A DNA stretch of 64,000 nt. Origin: Porphyridium purpureum. Taxonomy: Eukaryota. This document shows, in pieces, positions 21,692 through 34,200 of this stretch; the stretch's first letter is position 1, and each line of letters starts with the position of its first letter. The stretch spans positions 1,550,001 through 1,614,000 of the forward strand of contig VRMN01000004.1 in assembly GCA_008690995.1 (NCBI GenBank), read 5' to 3'. The position numbers and the translations under genes are program-made. Below the pieces are notes generated by a model that was given only the letters and a program-made list of their open reading frames with translations, was not told the origin of the DNA and made no database searches.

Positions 21692-23269
21692 ATGGGAAGG
21701 GGAACTTGTGTTGCATGCTGGGCTGTGAATGGATGGTTGGGGCTGCGCCGAGGATCGTGGGTGGCTAGAGGTGCTGTTTGTGGACGTGGGCCGCGGGTGT
21801 GTGTGAAGAGAGCGGGTAGCGTTGTGAGCACGCGCGCGCACGTGCGATGTGCAAGCATGCAGACGGCAGCGGGAACACGCAGCTACGCATTGGAGCACGG
21901 AGATGAGTTTCAAGTGCCCGGACTGAAAATCAGCGAGCATGCGCTGCGTGTGCCGCTCGATTATAATGCGGCGTCAGGGAAGCAGATCCGCGTGTTTGCA
22001 CGCCTGGCGCGCGCGAGTAAGGGCGCGGAGCCCGAGGAGAACGCTGCGCTGAAGAATGTGGTGTGCTATCTTCAGGGTGGACCTGGATTTGAGGCCCCAC
22101 GGCTCGCGGAGAACGGCGGCATGATCAAGGAGCTGCTCAAGCGGTACGACGCCGTGCTTTTGCTGGACCAGCGCGGCACGGGCCTGAGTACACCTGTATC
22201 GGCCGCGTCGCTCGCAAAGCTCGGATCGCCGCAGAATCAACTCGAGTACCTGGTGCATTTCCGCGCAGATTCCATTGTGCGCGACGCCGAGGCATTCCGC
22301 GGCGCAATTCTCGGGGAAGACGCCAAGTGGACCATTCTTGGACAGTCGTTCGGCGGCTTTTGCTGCGTGACCTACCTGAGCCTTTTCCCGCAGCATCTCA
22401 AGGCAGCCTTGATAACCGGCGGAATTCCATACATCCAGGACACGGCCAACGCCGACGAGCATTGTGCAACAAGGGTGTACGAGCATCTCGTGCCCCGATA
22501 CTTGCGCGCCATGGACCGATTCTACAGCTTGTTTCCCAACGATGCAGAACGCCTTCGTTCTCTCATTTTGCACTTGAGCGCATACGAGGTGAAGCTTCCA
22601 GGCGGCGGCACACTGAGTGCAAACCTGTTCTTGTCGCTGGGGCTGCGGCTGCTCGGCGCACCAGGCGGGTTTGTCCGCCTGCACTATTTGCTGGAGCGCG
22701 CCTTTGAGCTCGAATCAACGCCGGCCGCCCTCAGTGCCTACTTTTTGGCCGACGTGCAGGGTATGATACCATTTGGTATGAACCCGCTGTATGCTTTGCT
22801 GCATGAGGCATGCTACGCAAACGCCGACGGCGCGACCGCTTTCGCATCAGACCGCGTGGTCAACTCGGACCCGTACAAGCACTTGTTTGACGCCGCTTCC
22901 CGGGCGGCGGCGGGTGAGAACGTGTACATGTACGGCGAGCAGGTGTTCTCGTGGATGTTTGAGGATATTGCGGAACTCAGAGACATGCAGCCTGTCATGC
23001 AATTGCTGGCCGAGTACAAGCAGTGGGGGGCGCTCTATGACGTGGACGCCTTATCTGCGAACACGGTCCCTGTGGCTGCCACCGTGTACGTCAACGATCT
23101 GTACGTAGACTCGGAACTGAGTCTACGGACTGCCGCCCGCATCGGTAACACACACTGCTACGTGACTAACCAGTTTACCCATGGCGGCTTGCGAGAGAAT
23201 CCCAGTGATGTCCTAGACACCTTGCATGGTCTGTTGGAGCGCAACGCATGCAGTCTGGAAGCGCTCTAG
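21692..23269 (+). CDS. Proline iminopeptidase (alpha/beta hydrolase, S33), probably organelle-targeted
   Basis: YLQGGPGF, LDQRGTGLS, FRADSIVRDAE, GQSFGG nucleophile, DLYV, HGGLR; start uncertain. Confidence 0.9.
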   Translation: MGRGTCVACWAVNGWLGLRRGSWVARGAVCGRGPRVCVKRAGSVVSTRAHVRCASMQTAAGTRSYALEHGDEFQVPGLKISEHALRVPLDYNAASGKQIRVFARLARASKGAEPEENAALKNVVCYLQGGPGFEAPRLAENGGMIKELLKRYDAVLLLDQRGTGLSTPVSAASLAKLGSPQNQLEYLVHFRADSIVRDAEAFRGAILGEDAKWTILGQSFGGFCCVTYLSLFPQHLKAALITGGIPYIQDTANADEHCATRVYEHLVPRYLRAMDRFYSLFPNDAERLRSLILHLSAYEVKLPGGGTLSANLFLSLGLRLLGAPGGFVRLHYLLERAFELESTPAALSAYFLADVQGMIPFGMNPLYALLHEACYANADGATAFASDRVVNSDPYKHLFDAASRAAAGENVYMYGEQVFSWMFEDIAELRDMQPVMQLLAEYKQWGALYDVDALSANTVPVAATVYVNDLYVDSELSLRTAARIGNTHCYVTNQFTHGGLRENPSDVLDTLHGLLERNACSLEAL

Positions 23270-23499
23270 GCCACGTGTGCATGCGGTTTATCGAGAACGG
23301 CGGCACCGTGAGGGAAATATAAATGCGCCATCGGGAATTGTGATCCCGCGCCCATGTTTATTCATCCTGACTTCTGGACTAGACGCCTCCAAGAATACCG
23401 TTCGGCACACCAGCTGCGGCTAGGCATTTCACATTGTCGTACCAGAAGGATAGAGTGGAACAACTGCGCGAGATCGAAGCTTTAGAAGAACGAGTCTAG

Positions 23500-23892
23500 C
23501 TAGTACACAAAGCCGAGAATTTTGCCTCCTACGTGCTTCTTCCTTGCGTCCTCGTGCGTCATGATCCCGCTCGAGGTGGTGAGCACGAGGTGGCCAAACT
23601 GTCGCGAGGGCAGGATCTGGGAGCTCCACTTCTCAATCTCCTTGACGGGAATGTCGTATCTCGGCGAGATCGCGCGGGTCTTGTTGATTCTTCCCAGCAG
23701 GTTCACGACGATCTTTTTGGAGCGGTGGTCGTCCACCACGACAAACTCGCCAATGTATCCGTGCTTCTGCATCACCTGCAGAAAGCTGATGAGCGTCTTG
23801 GACGCCGGGCGCAGAAGCACCTGCCGCTTCCCCTTCTTCTCCGCATTCGACAGCGTCTTCAGCGCGTCCGCCAGCACACTCATTCGCACCAT
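23500..23892 (-). CDS. RPS15A: 40S ribosomal protein S15a (uS8)
   Basis: [50 protein letters not shown]. Confidence 0.98.
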   Translation of the reverse strand: MVRMSVLADALKTLSNAEKKGKRQVLLRPASKTLISFLQVMQKHGYIGEFVVVDDHRSKKIVVNLLGRINKTRAISPRYDIPVKEIEKWSSQILPSRQFGHLVLTTSSGIMTHEDARKKHVGGKILGFVY

Positions 23893-24165
23893 ACTGCCCA
23901 ACCCCCACCTCTCGCACACTTCCCCTTCCCCTTTCCCTTCTCCCTCTGCCTCTTCTCTCCTCCCTCCCTCCGTCCCTTCGCACCCACGGCCGCTTATGTG
24001 TTCAGGGTCTCTCTCTATCAAACCGCCCCAACGCGCTCATTCTGCCTCCCACACATCCAATACCACCACCACCACCAACTGTACTCACGCACGCCAGCCG
24101 TCGGCGTCCTCTGTCTCTTCCCCCCCCCGGCCTTCCTTTATTCTTCGTCCTTTTCCCTCTCAGTC

Positions 24166-24206
24166 AAACCCTGAGTCTAACTGTCGCGCGGTTAGATCCA
24201 GGGTTT
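24166..24206. promoter_or_regulatory. Inverted-repeat telo-box-like element in the divergent RPS15a/RPL27 promoter
   Basis: AAACCCTGAGTCTAAC-N9-GTTAGATCCAGGGTTT (14/16 inverted match). Confidence 0.65.
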
Positions 24207-24508
24207 CTGCGTCGATCAGGATGACATTGGAATGACTGCTTAAGGCCTCAGACCCATGCGCGGGAGGTTCAGTTCGCGGCGGCGGCGATGTAGGTAATTA
24301 GGCGTGTTTTGGTGGAGAGGGGTACAGTTCGAAGCCGGGGAGGGGAAGAAAGTTGAGAAGGGCTTGCGGCGGCGTCGCGAAGGAGAATAAGAGGAAGGGT
24401 GGGACAACATCTTGTTGAGAAGGTGAGGAGTTGTGTGGGGCTCTGTGTGTCTGTCTCGGTGAGGTAGTGCGCGCGTGCGTGTGAGAGAGATTGAGAGGGA
24501 GTGTGAAG

Positions 24509-24922
24509 ATGGTGAAATTCCTGAAGGCAGGCAAGTGCGTGCTGGTGCTGAAAGGGCGCTACGCAGGGAAGAAGGCGGTGATCGTGCAAAATTATGATGG
24601 CGAGTCGAAGAGCCATCCGTTCGGCCACGCGCTGGTGGCCGGCGTGTCCAGGTACCCGCGCAAGGTCACAAAGGATATGAGCAAGAAGAAGGTGGCGCGC
24701 AGATCGATTATCAAGACCTTTATTAAGAAAGTTAACTATAATCACCTGATGCCCACGCGATACACGCTGGACCTGGGCGAGCCGCTGCGCGAGGCCGTGC
24801 CGAATGATGCGGCTGCCGACGTCTCGGTCAGGAAAGACGCAAAGGTTGCGGTCCGAAAGCTGTTCACCGAGCGGTACAACGGCGGGAAGAACAGGTGGTT
24901 CTTCGCAGCGCTCAAGATGTGA
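24509..24922 (+). CDS. RPL27: 60S ribosomal protein L27 (eL27)
   Basis: [37 protein letters not shown]. Confidence 0.98.
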   Translation: MVKFLKAGKCVLVLKGRYAGKKAVIVQNYDGESKSHPFGHALVAGVSRYPRKVTKDMSKKKVARRSIIKTFIKKVNYNHLMPTRYTLDLGEPLREAVPNDAAADVSVRKDAKVAVRKLFTERYNGGKNRWFFAALKM

Positions 24923-25241
24923 GCCGGCGAACGGATTCCGTGGTGACTCTGTTTGGAGATCAGTTCGGCTCAAATTGAAAATGCAGGCGGACCCATGCCT
25001 TTGCACATTTCAGCTTCGATTAGGGGATTGCTCGGCATTCTTGCGGACACTGATGATCTCATCGGCACGCGCCGCGCTCCAGCTGCTGCCAATTTTCTTC
25101 ATTTTTACAGACGTAGATTTGCCATCGGGTTGCTGCTGAAAAAGTTCCGTTTTGTACGCATGTCCCAAATCAGTAGGCCCTGTTTGTGTGCCTCACTTTT
25201 CCTTGCCGAGCTTTCATGCCTCCCCTGTAAACGTGAAACAC

Positions 25242-28200
25242 TCACCGCCCTTCACGGCCATCCGAGTCCGTGAAAGAAGCACGAGCAAAGGCTGATGGAA
25301 AGGGCCTTTGCTCCGGCGGGGTCCTTGGAAAGCCCGGACTATTACCGTCCAAGCTGGCCAAGGCAGGACGCACACTAGTTCTGCTGATTATGCGTGAACT
25401 GCTGGCGCCGCCGCGATCCTGCATGGACGCTGTGATAGACGGCATCGATCCAAACAGATGGGAAGGGCTCGAAGAGGGCGAGTAAAACGTGTCCCTCGGG
25501 GGCGCCACCGACTGCTGTTCCTGGACACCACCTGGGAGCAACGGCATGAGCTCAGCGAACACTGCTGCTGCCGCGTACTCGCTCTCGCATGTAGCGACCA
25601 AGGAGCCGATAAAGGGCGGCGGCGGCTGGTGCTGCCCTGTCTCGAGCCGGATGCGAAGCATCAGCTCGTCTCCGAGCTCACGCGCAGCGCTTGACTTCTT
25701 CGCGCCATTTGAGGGTCTCAAGGACATCAAACGTTGGGCCAATGATGGCGCTGCCATATGTCGGTCTCCACCGTCCTTGGTACCGCTCCAGCCTCTGCTC
25801 CGCTGCTTCCAGCGAAGACCCCCGCGTAAGATGGCAACTAGACAAAGTTCAACACGTTCGCACGAGACGCGTACGAGGTCTTCAAGCAGCACTTCCCAGA
25901 TGATCGTCCACCGCCCAGCCATGTGATAGCTGATCTGTTGCGCGATATTTCCGGGCCAGCGCGATTTTTCAGCCGCAGCATCCTTGCTCTGCATGAGATC
26001 CAGGCGGATGGCTCGGTGCGAAGTCAGCAGCAGTACGCTAGTTGCTGAAAGTGCGAAAAGCGCATGGCTCGCTTCGTTTGGCCACTGGCGCTGCTCACGA
26101 TGAAACAAGAAAATCTGCTCGCCCCACGAATCCCGGCGATACGAGAAAGGCACCAGTGCGCCAGATTCAGCAAGGCCTCTTGGCGGGCGTAGCGCGAGCA
26201 AGTACCCATTCAGCCCCACTGAAAACGGCCCCACGTGAACGACTGCAGGGTGCACAAGCTGGCGCATGAATCGAATAAAGAACACGACGCTACTCTGAGC
26301 GAGGCGGATCGTGCTGTATGCCACGCTCCACAGGTTCGGTGACGAACGCATCGAGCTTCGCTGATGGTGTCGCAGGAGCGACAACGTCTCTGAGTACGTG
26401 GATTGATACTCATTTTGCGCCGTCGGCACCGATGGAGTCGCCAGCGATGCCGCCATCAAGGCGCGCATTTCGCGGCTCGACGCACTGCTGAAGTGCTGCT
26501 TCCACCGGTTCAGTCCCTGGAAAACGTCGTAGTACATAGAAGCAAGTCGATCATCCACATCATGGAACCTGTGGGCATTCCGCTTTCGCTGCTTCGGCTC
26601 CAGCTGAAAGACTTGCTCGCCCAAAACAATGAGTTGGGCCAATAGGTCCTCGCACGCATCGAGAAAGCCGCTGGACACGGCGATGACCCCGAGTGACGGG
26701 CAGCTCTTGACCACCATGCGCAACGGGTTGAAGATCTTCAGGCTGAGCACGGTGGAAGCCGCAGCAGTCAGAAACTGCGACGCGTAGTGCAGCGTCATCG
26801 TCCGCATCAGCTGTTGTACGTCCGGCGCTCCCGCATCGAGCACCATGCGCTGCGCGAAAAACGAGAACGGACGCAAGTTGAGAAATGCGCGGTCGACCAC
26901 GGCGAGCTGCAGAATGCGAACGTGAATAGGAACATTCAACTCGGTACCAAAGAGACGAGGCAAATCCGCCGACTTTACGTCAACCGACCATACCGCCCGA
27001 ATGGGATCCACGTAGAGTTCGACCTGCGCCGCCTTTGGTACCGCAAAGCCTGCCGCCGGCGCTCTGGCTTCTGCCAACGGAGCACGAACGAACGATAGGC
27101 GATCAACAAGATGTCGCTGCACAGCCGCTTTCAGGTCCAGGTCCCCTTGACCATCTGTCTCGCACCGTTCAGAGCATCCGCACGTTTCCACCAGCATGTG
27201 CTCCTCGCTGTCTTCCACGCCCTGTCTAGTCAGCAGAGGAAGTATGAAGGCATGCTTCAAGATCAGGAAGAAGCCCGAGTCGGCATCGATCGAGATCGGA
27301 GCCACAGCAACGTGAATGCGTGCTTGCGTATGACCCTGCTGCTGTTTCACTTCTGTGTCGTATATTGCGCTTCCCACCACTCGGATGAAAGGCGGTACGT
27401 CTTGAAAGCTTCTATCTGGCGACTGCACTTCTCTATCGCCAGAGGACCTCAATACCCGCGTGCGCACGTGTGCTCCGCTCTGATCCATATCACGCGAACC
27501 GCTCATTTCGAGCGCCGTGAGCTCGACGTTTCGCGACAGCAGCGGTCTCGCTCGATCCAGCAAGTTGTCTAACTGCACATGTGGTACGCACAAGTGAAAT
27601 GAAGCCGAGGTTTGGCTTTGATTCACGAGGAGGACTGTGGCCAACGAAATGCTTGACGCCTCCAAATAGGCAATCTCAAACGGAACGGAATGATGCTGAC
27701 GCTGTGCGACAGTCGGCGACCGCGCGGCACGATTCGTGGGTTTTGATTTTTGTAGCACACGGGCGACTTTCTGTAGACCACCGAGCGCGGTGCGATTCTC
27801 CAGTTCCACCACTGTCCCCGTGTCACTTAAAACCGACATCGAGATGCCTGCGCATTTCAGAAAAACCCACATCGCCAGTTCCTGCTGTTTCGGGTCTTCT
27901 CTATACCTGATGTGCCCGTTGGTAGGCATGGAAGAAAAGGGAAGCCCACTTGGTAACGATGCTACGAGCGGGCGGTTCGATTCAAAGCGTCCCATTTCTT
28001 CTTGACGCTCGAACTGCAGCCCCCGGGGGCCGACGTCATGGGGCGGCGCAACTGCAGGTGACATACCTGAGTGTATCATCAAGTACATACGTGCACCGTC
28101 GCGAGCACAATGCACGCGAACCGTGAGCGTCTTGGTGCTGCTTTTTGAAAGCTGATGCTTCTGTCTTTGCTTTTGACTGTGTGTTGATGTTCCGCTCGCA

Positions 28201-31200
28201 CGTCTACTCTCGGGCAAACTCACTTGAAAATCCCACTCTCGCCCGTCCCACGCCTCCTCCGCATCAATGCAGCCAACGAACAGCTCCATTTCACTCGCAC
28301 GATCTTTGCGTGTAGCAGATGTGCCAATATCCGTACTGACTCGGCGACGGAGGGTCAACTGGAGTACGCGCTTGCCGCCGGGATCATCCCAAGCGTAGTC
28401 TTGATCGCTGTGAGGATGAAGCAAAACTGTAGGCCTCTTCTTGTCAGAGCGTGCAAGCCCGTCTGGACCAGACACTTGCGCAATCTCAAAAATCTCGTCA
28501 GAATTATTCGCGAGGTACACAGGAATCTGCGCGGCGTCTGCAGGCGACACAGAGACTTTCAGTACGCCGTGCGGATCGGTTACGCACACATTGATCACCA
28601 CAAAGCGTGACGATGGCTTGTTCTTGGTCCTAGTGCGTCTGCTTGTGGTTCGCAAGACCAGTTGCGCTATCAGCGACGTAGGCATTTTGTGAACCCTCGA
28701 GGCGGGTTCGGAGACATCAGGATGTGAAGCGGGAATGCTACTGTAGAGATCGGCCTGGAGCGGCAAGCATCCCATCCAGAGCCACTCATCGTCATCCTCG
28801 TCACCACGCATCGACAAAGAAAGCGCTGGTACCAGTGAACTGACTGGCGCGTACGGTAGCTTCAGCAAGCTCACTGTTTCACCAATGTGCACGGGGCGCG
28901 CGGAGATGTACCTACACGGTGTAAACAGTGATCCGCGAAACGGATGCATCGCCGAACTCAGCCCGAGGCGAAGTACGAGCGCACAACTTTCCCCTGCACA
29001 CCCAGAAGACGTTGGCGGAGATGCACACGAGTTCCGCACATAAACTGCCGGCATCAAGCTCACGATCGTGGTGTCCCGAAAAAGTCCTACCCCACGCGAT
29101 ACTACCGGTGCAATGCAAGTCGCCGCTCGGACAACGTGCCTCTTGCTGGCCAAGTTGGACGCTGATAGAGATGTTCGCGTTCGAACCAAAGGCTTTGCAG
29201 ACGAAGGCGAAGACCCCGCGGACGGGACAAAAATCAGATTGCCCACAGTTTGGCCGCCGCTTGTTAGAACACCGTCCACGTCTTGGCCAGCAAGGGTCGG
29301 AAATTTCATCCATTCCTCGATCGGTGTGACAGAAATCCACTCCGACTGCCCGAGCTTGAGCTTGATGTTTAAAGTCGATCCACTCTGCGCTACCGCATGC
29401 GGTTCCGCATACTCGAGCTTTGAAATATACTTGGGCTGACTATGGCTCCTGGCTGCTGCCACACTCGCAGCAGACGCCTTATTTCGCGAACTTGACGTCT
29501 TTGTGAGGGATGAGGCACGTTGGCCTACCATTACGGATAGTGGCATCTTGAGCACGTCCTGCGGATATAGCATGTTCACGAGCCAAAACTGACTCCAAAG
29601 TCGCACGGTGTATGCCGCGAGCGGGGACGAGCCACAACTTGGTCCGTTTTCGTTGCTGCTTTCCCAATAAATGTGTTCATCTACTGCCACTTGGGCTTCG
29701 AGTGCATTCTGCTGAATGTTCATACCCAGCCCTCCAAACTGAGGGAGAGATACACGCGCGGACAAAGGAGCGAACGATGGCGACTGGGCACTTGCGTCCG
29801 CCAGCTTCACGGGAGCACTCCATGCGCCACTTGACACCAGCCGACAGCGCATTCCAAGCTCCGCGAGACGTACAATACTTGGAGACTTTCTCAAAAAGGC
29901 ACCAGAACCTTGCGAGCCACAACTCAATTCAGAAATCTGCCGTTTCGCGCCACTCGGGATCACGTGTTGATGCATTTTTTCGTGCGCATACTCTTCTTCT
30001 GAATCTTCGACCTGGTACGAATCACTTCGTGCCAAGTCGGAAAAGAAGCCCAGTTCCACTTCTACGTCGTGAGACAACGCATTTTGAAACTCGACAAAGT
30101 CGACCAGGGTAATGGTCTTTCGGCTGACCGCTGGACGAAAGCTCTGTCCGGAAGAGGATTCGCGCACGGCTAAGATATACGTACACTCCACGTCTGGATT
30201 GTGCATCACTACGAGTTGATGCCCAGACGGCCGCGGCTTCGTTTCGTGAGCGCTGGTCCTGCTGCCCAAAGTCCTACCCGTAATCGAAAAGATTGGCTCC
30301 GAGCTCCATGCCCAGCCAAAGTCGGACTGTTCTCCATCGGCATCTACAACACCAGGAAGCCCGCAAAAAATACTGCATGCAGAACCCGGGCCGCGGTCGC
30401 TAAGGAGTGTGAAGAGATCCACTGGGAGTGAGCAACGGTCCGGAGACAATAACTGCCCCAGCAGACGCTCACCCACAGTGACCATCCCTTCTGCCGAGAC
30501 AGCCTTGAGGAGCAAAGTGTGGGAGGAAATATTCACCACAGACACATGTGAGCGCAAGGTGAGCACCGTCGCTTTCCCCACGTGACGCACGTCCACCATA
30601 ATGCAAGCATCGCCTTCTCGACTGGGTGTCGCATGTACACTGGATATTTTCCGTGCACCATCCTGATTTGACTCGGCACATTCTGTTTTGACTATTACAG
30701 CACGTATGCCCGGTGGACAGTCGCGCAGCCGAAGCCGCGCACACGGTAGCAGAACGCCAGGCGCGCTAAAGCTCAAATCCACCATTTCGCGATCATGTGA
30801 CTGCATATCGTTTGTGGAGGGCGAAGGGTCACGCAACGGAACACTGGCGTACGAGGTTGACGCAACGTCTACAAAATTCTCATCAAGCTGATGCTGAAGA
30901 TGTTGTGCTTTTGGCCTCGTCCATACAACGACCTTCAGATCTATTCCAGTCTCGTTACAAATCCATAAAGGCGCGTCCGAGCCCGCAACATTCGAAAGCA
31001 ATCGCTTGTCAAGATGTTGCTCCCCGTATTCACTGCCTGCCTTGCTCAACGTGTCAGGGTCCGAAAGATGCATTGAGGAAGTAAACAGAGGCTGCAAGGC
31101 CCTTTGTAGAATATGAAATGAGCGCACAAATCGAGTGGTCATGTTCAAATTCACCGTTTGCGGCACATGCACATTTAAGAAACATGAAAGCGGTGCTCTT

Positions 31201-34200
31201 GACGACCCATCCGTCTCGTCTCCGCTGCTCGTGCGTTTGCCTCCATCTCCTTTTTCTTCCGCCCGCATAGTGCCAGGTAAGATCGTGCGCTCACATAGTG
31301 GCTCCCACACCCCAATCTCGGGGTACAAGACATCTGACTGGAATTCTAGTTTGGCAGATCCATAAACCGCCTTGTCTCCTGACTGCTTCTGCAGCACAGT
31401 CTCGTCCATCTTTGCCGCATCCGCTTTCAACCCCAACATGAAACGCACTGCGGCGGGCGTTCTGGAGCCCCAACTATCCATCAACACAAAAAAACACTTT
31501 TCTACCTCCAGCTCTACCGTAGGCCATTGCAGCGAGACGAAAGAATAGATTGGACTGCTGCTCTTTCCTCCGACTTGTTCTTGTTCCTGTGACGGTCGCG
31601 GCCGCGCGAAAATCTGATTGTAACGATCGACTTGTTTCTGAGACTGCTCGCAAAGGCCCACGATTGCCATGACTTCTGAAGCAGCCACGTGCACATGGAA
31701 GCCGCTCAAGCTCACGCGCACCTTTGAGCAATCTGTCTCTGTCCGCGTTAAATCGCGTTCGCCGCTGACTTTCCCATGCGTGATGCGTACAATCGGGATC
31801 GGCGACATGCGGGCACCCAAGCAAGCCGTGTAGTGGGTCAAGCGCGAAGCCCCGGAAAGGGCAGTCGTCGCTCTCGACGCCCCTGACACAGACGCTGAAG
31901 ATGACTGCCAGTCTAGATTCAACGCGCCCCCGCCGGCTTTGGTAGCACTGCTGAAACTGTTATTGCTAGCTGTGGTGGTGAAGACACCAGGCGGGCAAAA
32001 TGAAATAAGTGTCTTGGACATGTCGAGCTGAAAGTCTGGAATGCTGCGCGGCGGGTCCGCAATCTGAAGGCATAGAGCCACAGGAGCGCGGCACAGCAGT
32101 GCGCTCGATCGCGGATCAAACGGGTCCGCGTTAAACCACAGCTCCAGTCTCAGTCCCAACTTGACCTCCACTGTGCCATGTGTCTGAACCACTACCGGCA
32201 CCGGTTCGTCGACAAGATCTATAGCCTTTGCATCTTTGATATCCATTGGCCCGGCAGCGGTTGCTTGGTTGTCCTGTGGAGACGGCGGTTGCAAAAAGTC
32301 GACCAGCAAGAGCATGAAATCAGTTGACAGTGATACAAACAGCCTACCAAAGTCAAGCTTCGCGGCTATGTTCATCTCCGGGCCACCACCCCACATATCG
32401 AGCTCAACAGCAAGCGCCAGTTCGTACCCGCGAGCAGGTGTAACACGCTCTGCGCCAGTCAGAAGCAAATCAGGGACGCGGTCTCTCTCAATTTCGTTCA
32501 GAGCTGCGGCTGGCCCTTGCATCACCGAGCGTTCGCTATCACCGGATGCATATTTGAGAGGTGTTCCGCCACGCCGGACTGGACGCGAAAGAATAACTGT
32601 ACGAAACGGGGTATATACTCCGTTGCGCGAGTCGCGGATAGCAATCGAATGAACGCCTATGTGCGTGCGTTCGTGGTACGTTGTCACAGCGCCAGCGACA
32701 TCCTCTGCGCGACTGGTCGCAGAATCGACTACGCGCAGGCCACGAAGTGCCACCGACGCCAGCGGTAAAAGATCTTTGCCGTTGCCGTGACTGTGCTGCA
32801 CAAGCTCAATCTGCACGTCATCTAACGACAATTCGGTACCAAACCAGTCGACGTTGCCCCGCTGCGAGGTCGCCGCAAACAGGTTCGGGTCATACATGAT
32901 ATTGTGCTGGCCGACAGCCAATAACGCTGCCAGCTGCTCGCTTGATAGCATCACGTGCAATTCATTCACACGCAAGGCGACACCTGTGAATGATGCGCGG
33001 CAACCTGCCACAGAGTGAACTTGCATCTGCACATTCATGTTCGTGAGAAACCGAACATGACATGTCTGTGGATGCTCTCGTCGTTGCCTGTCGCTGCCAT
33101 TCAGTAAACTCTCGTGCAACGAGAAGCGCACGGCCCCACTAATTTTGACGCAATCAATCGAGAGTTGGCTGCCCAAAACAGCGGAACCGCTTGACTCTCC
33201 TTGCTGATACAGCTGCGATATCTCCTGCCGTTTCGACGCCAGGAGGTCAAGCTTATTCGCAATTTCGGGCAAGAGTCGAATTCGTGTCGCATGACCTGAT
33301 AAAAGCACTGCATCGCGCATGTGCGCGCCTTGCGGCAATTCAATGAGGAAAGGGCCAGTATTTACACTGATGGCCATACTTTTTGCAGTCGCGTCATGTG
33401 CCGACGGCGGAGTAGCCGCGGCTTGATCTTGTCCTTGACTTTCTATGCTGGTCGGATGCTTCCCGACGGTGCCCATCATGCGAGTCAGAAAAGAAACGAA
33501 GCGCATGACAAATGCTGCCCGGACTCTACCAAGCGTGACCTGAACGTCGCTGTGATTGCTCTTCATGAAGACGAGAGCGTGCAACGCACACTTGTTTGAA
33601 TCAAATTTCGTTCTTTGCACACGAGCATCGCCTTCCGCCATTGTCTCGAAGGACATGGAACTATCGAGCGATGAAGTAGGACGGCTTAGGTCTAGCACCC
33701 GCGGATATAAGCCTTTATGTCGCGTGTGATCGTGCACGCTCAGAGCCTCAATATTTGCCTGCAAAACTTCTGTGCTTGCACGCACATCGGTGTCCTCACT
33801 TTCCACTAGAAAACCTCCATTACGACTTGGATCACTCTTAGCGACGTTTCCTGACTTTTCATACACAACCTGAAGGCGCTCAACGCACAGTCCTACGCCC
33901 CTCTGCTTCTCTTCACCAAGAATGATATCGAGACGTGCTAGATCAAAATTCACGAGAAGCGGCTGCTCAAGCGAAGTCTGGGTCGGTACCGGTGCTGCTG
34001 CTGCTGCTGCCGCCGCCGCCAAGGCTGATGATTCGGGAGAGGATGACGCAGATGACGATGGAAGCACTTGTCCTTGTTGTGTGAATTGACTCGCCATCTG
34101 ATTGCTCCATTGTGAAAAGAACGCAACGTATTGATTAAGGCTCGCGGTGTCGACCGCAATCGCAACGGTGCCGAGCCGCGCACTAATTTCAGGACTCGGT

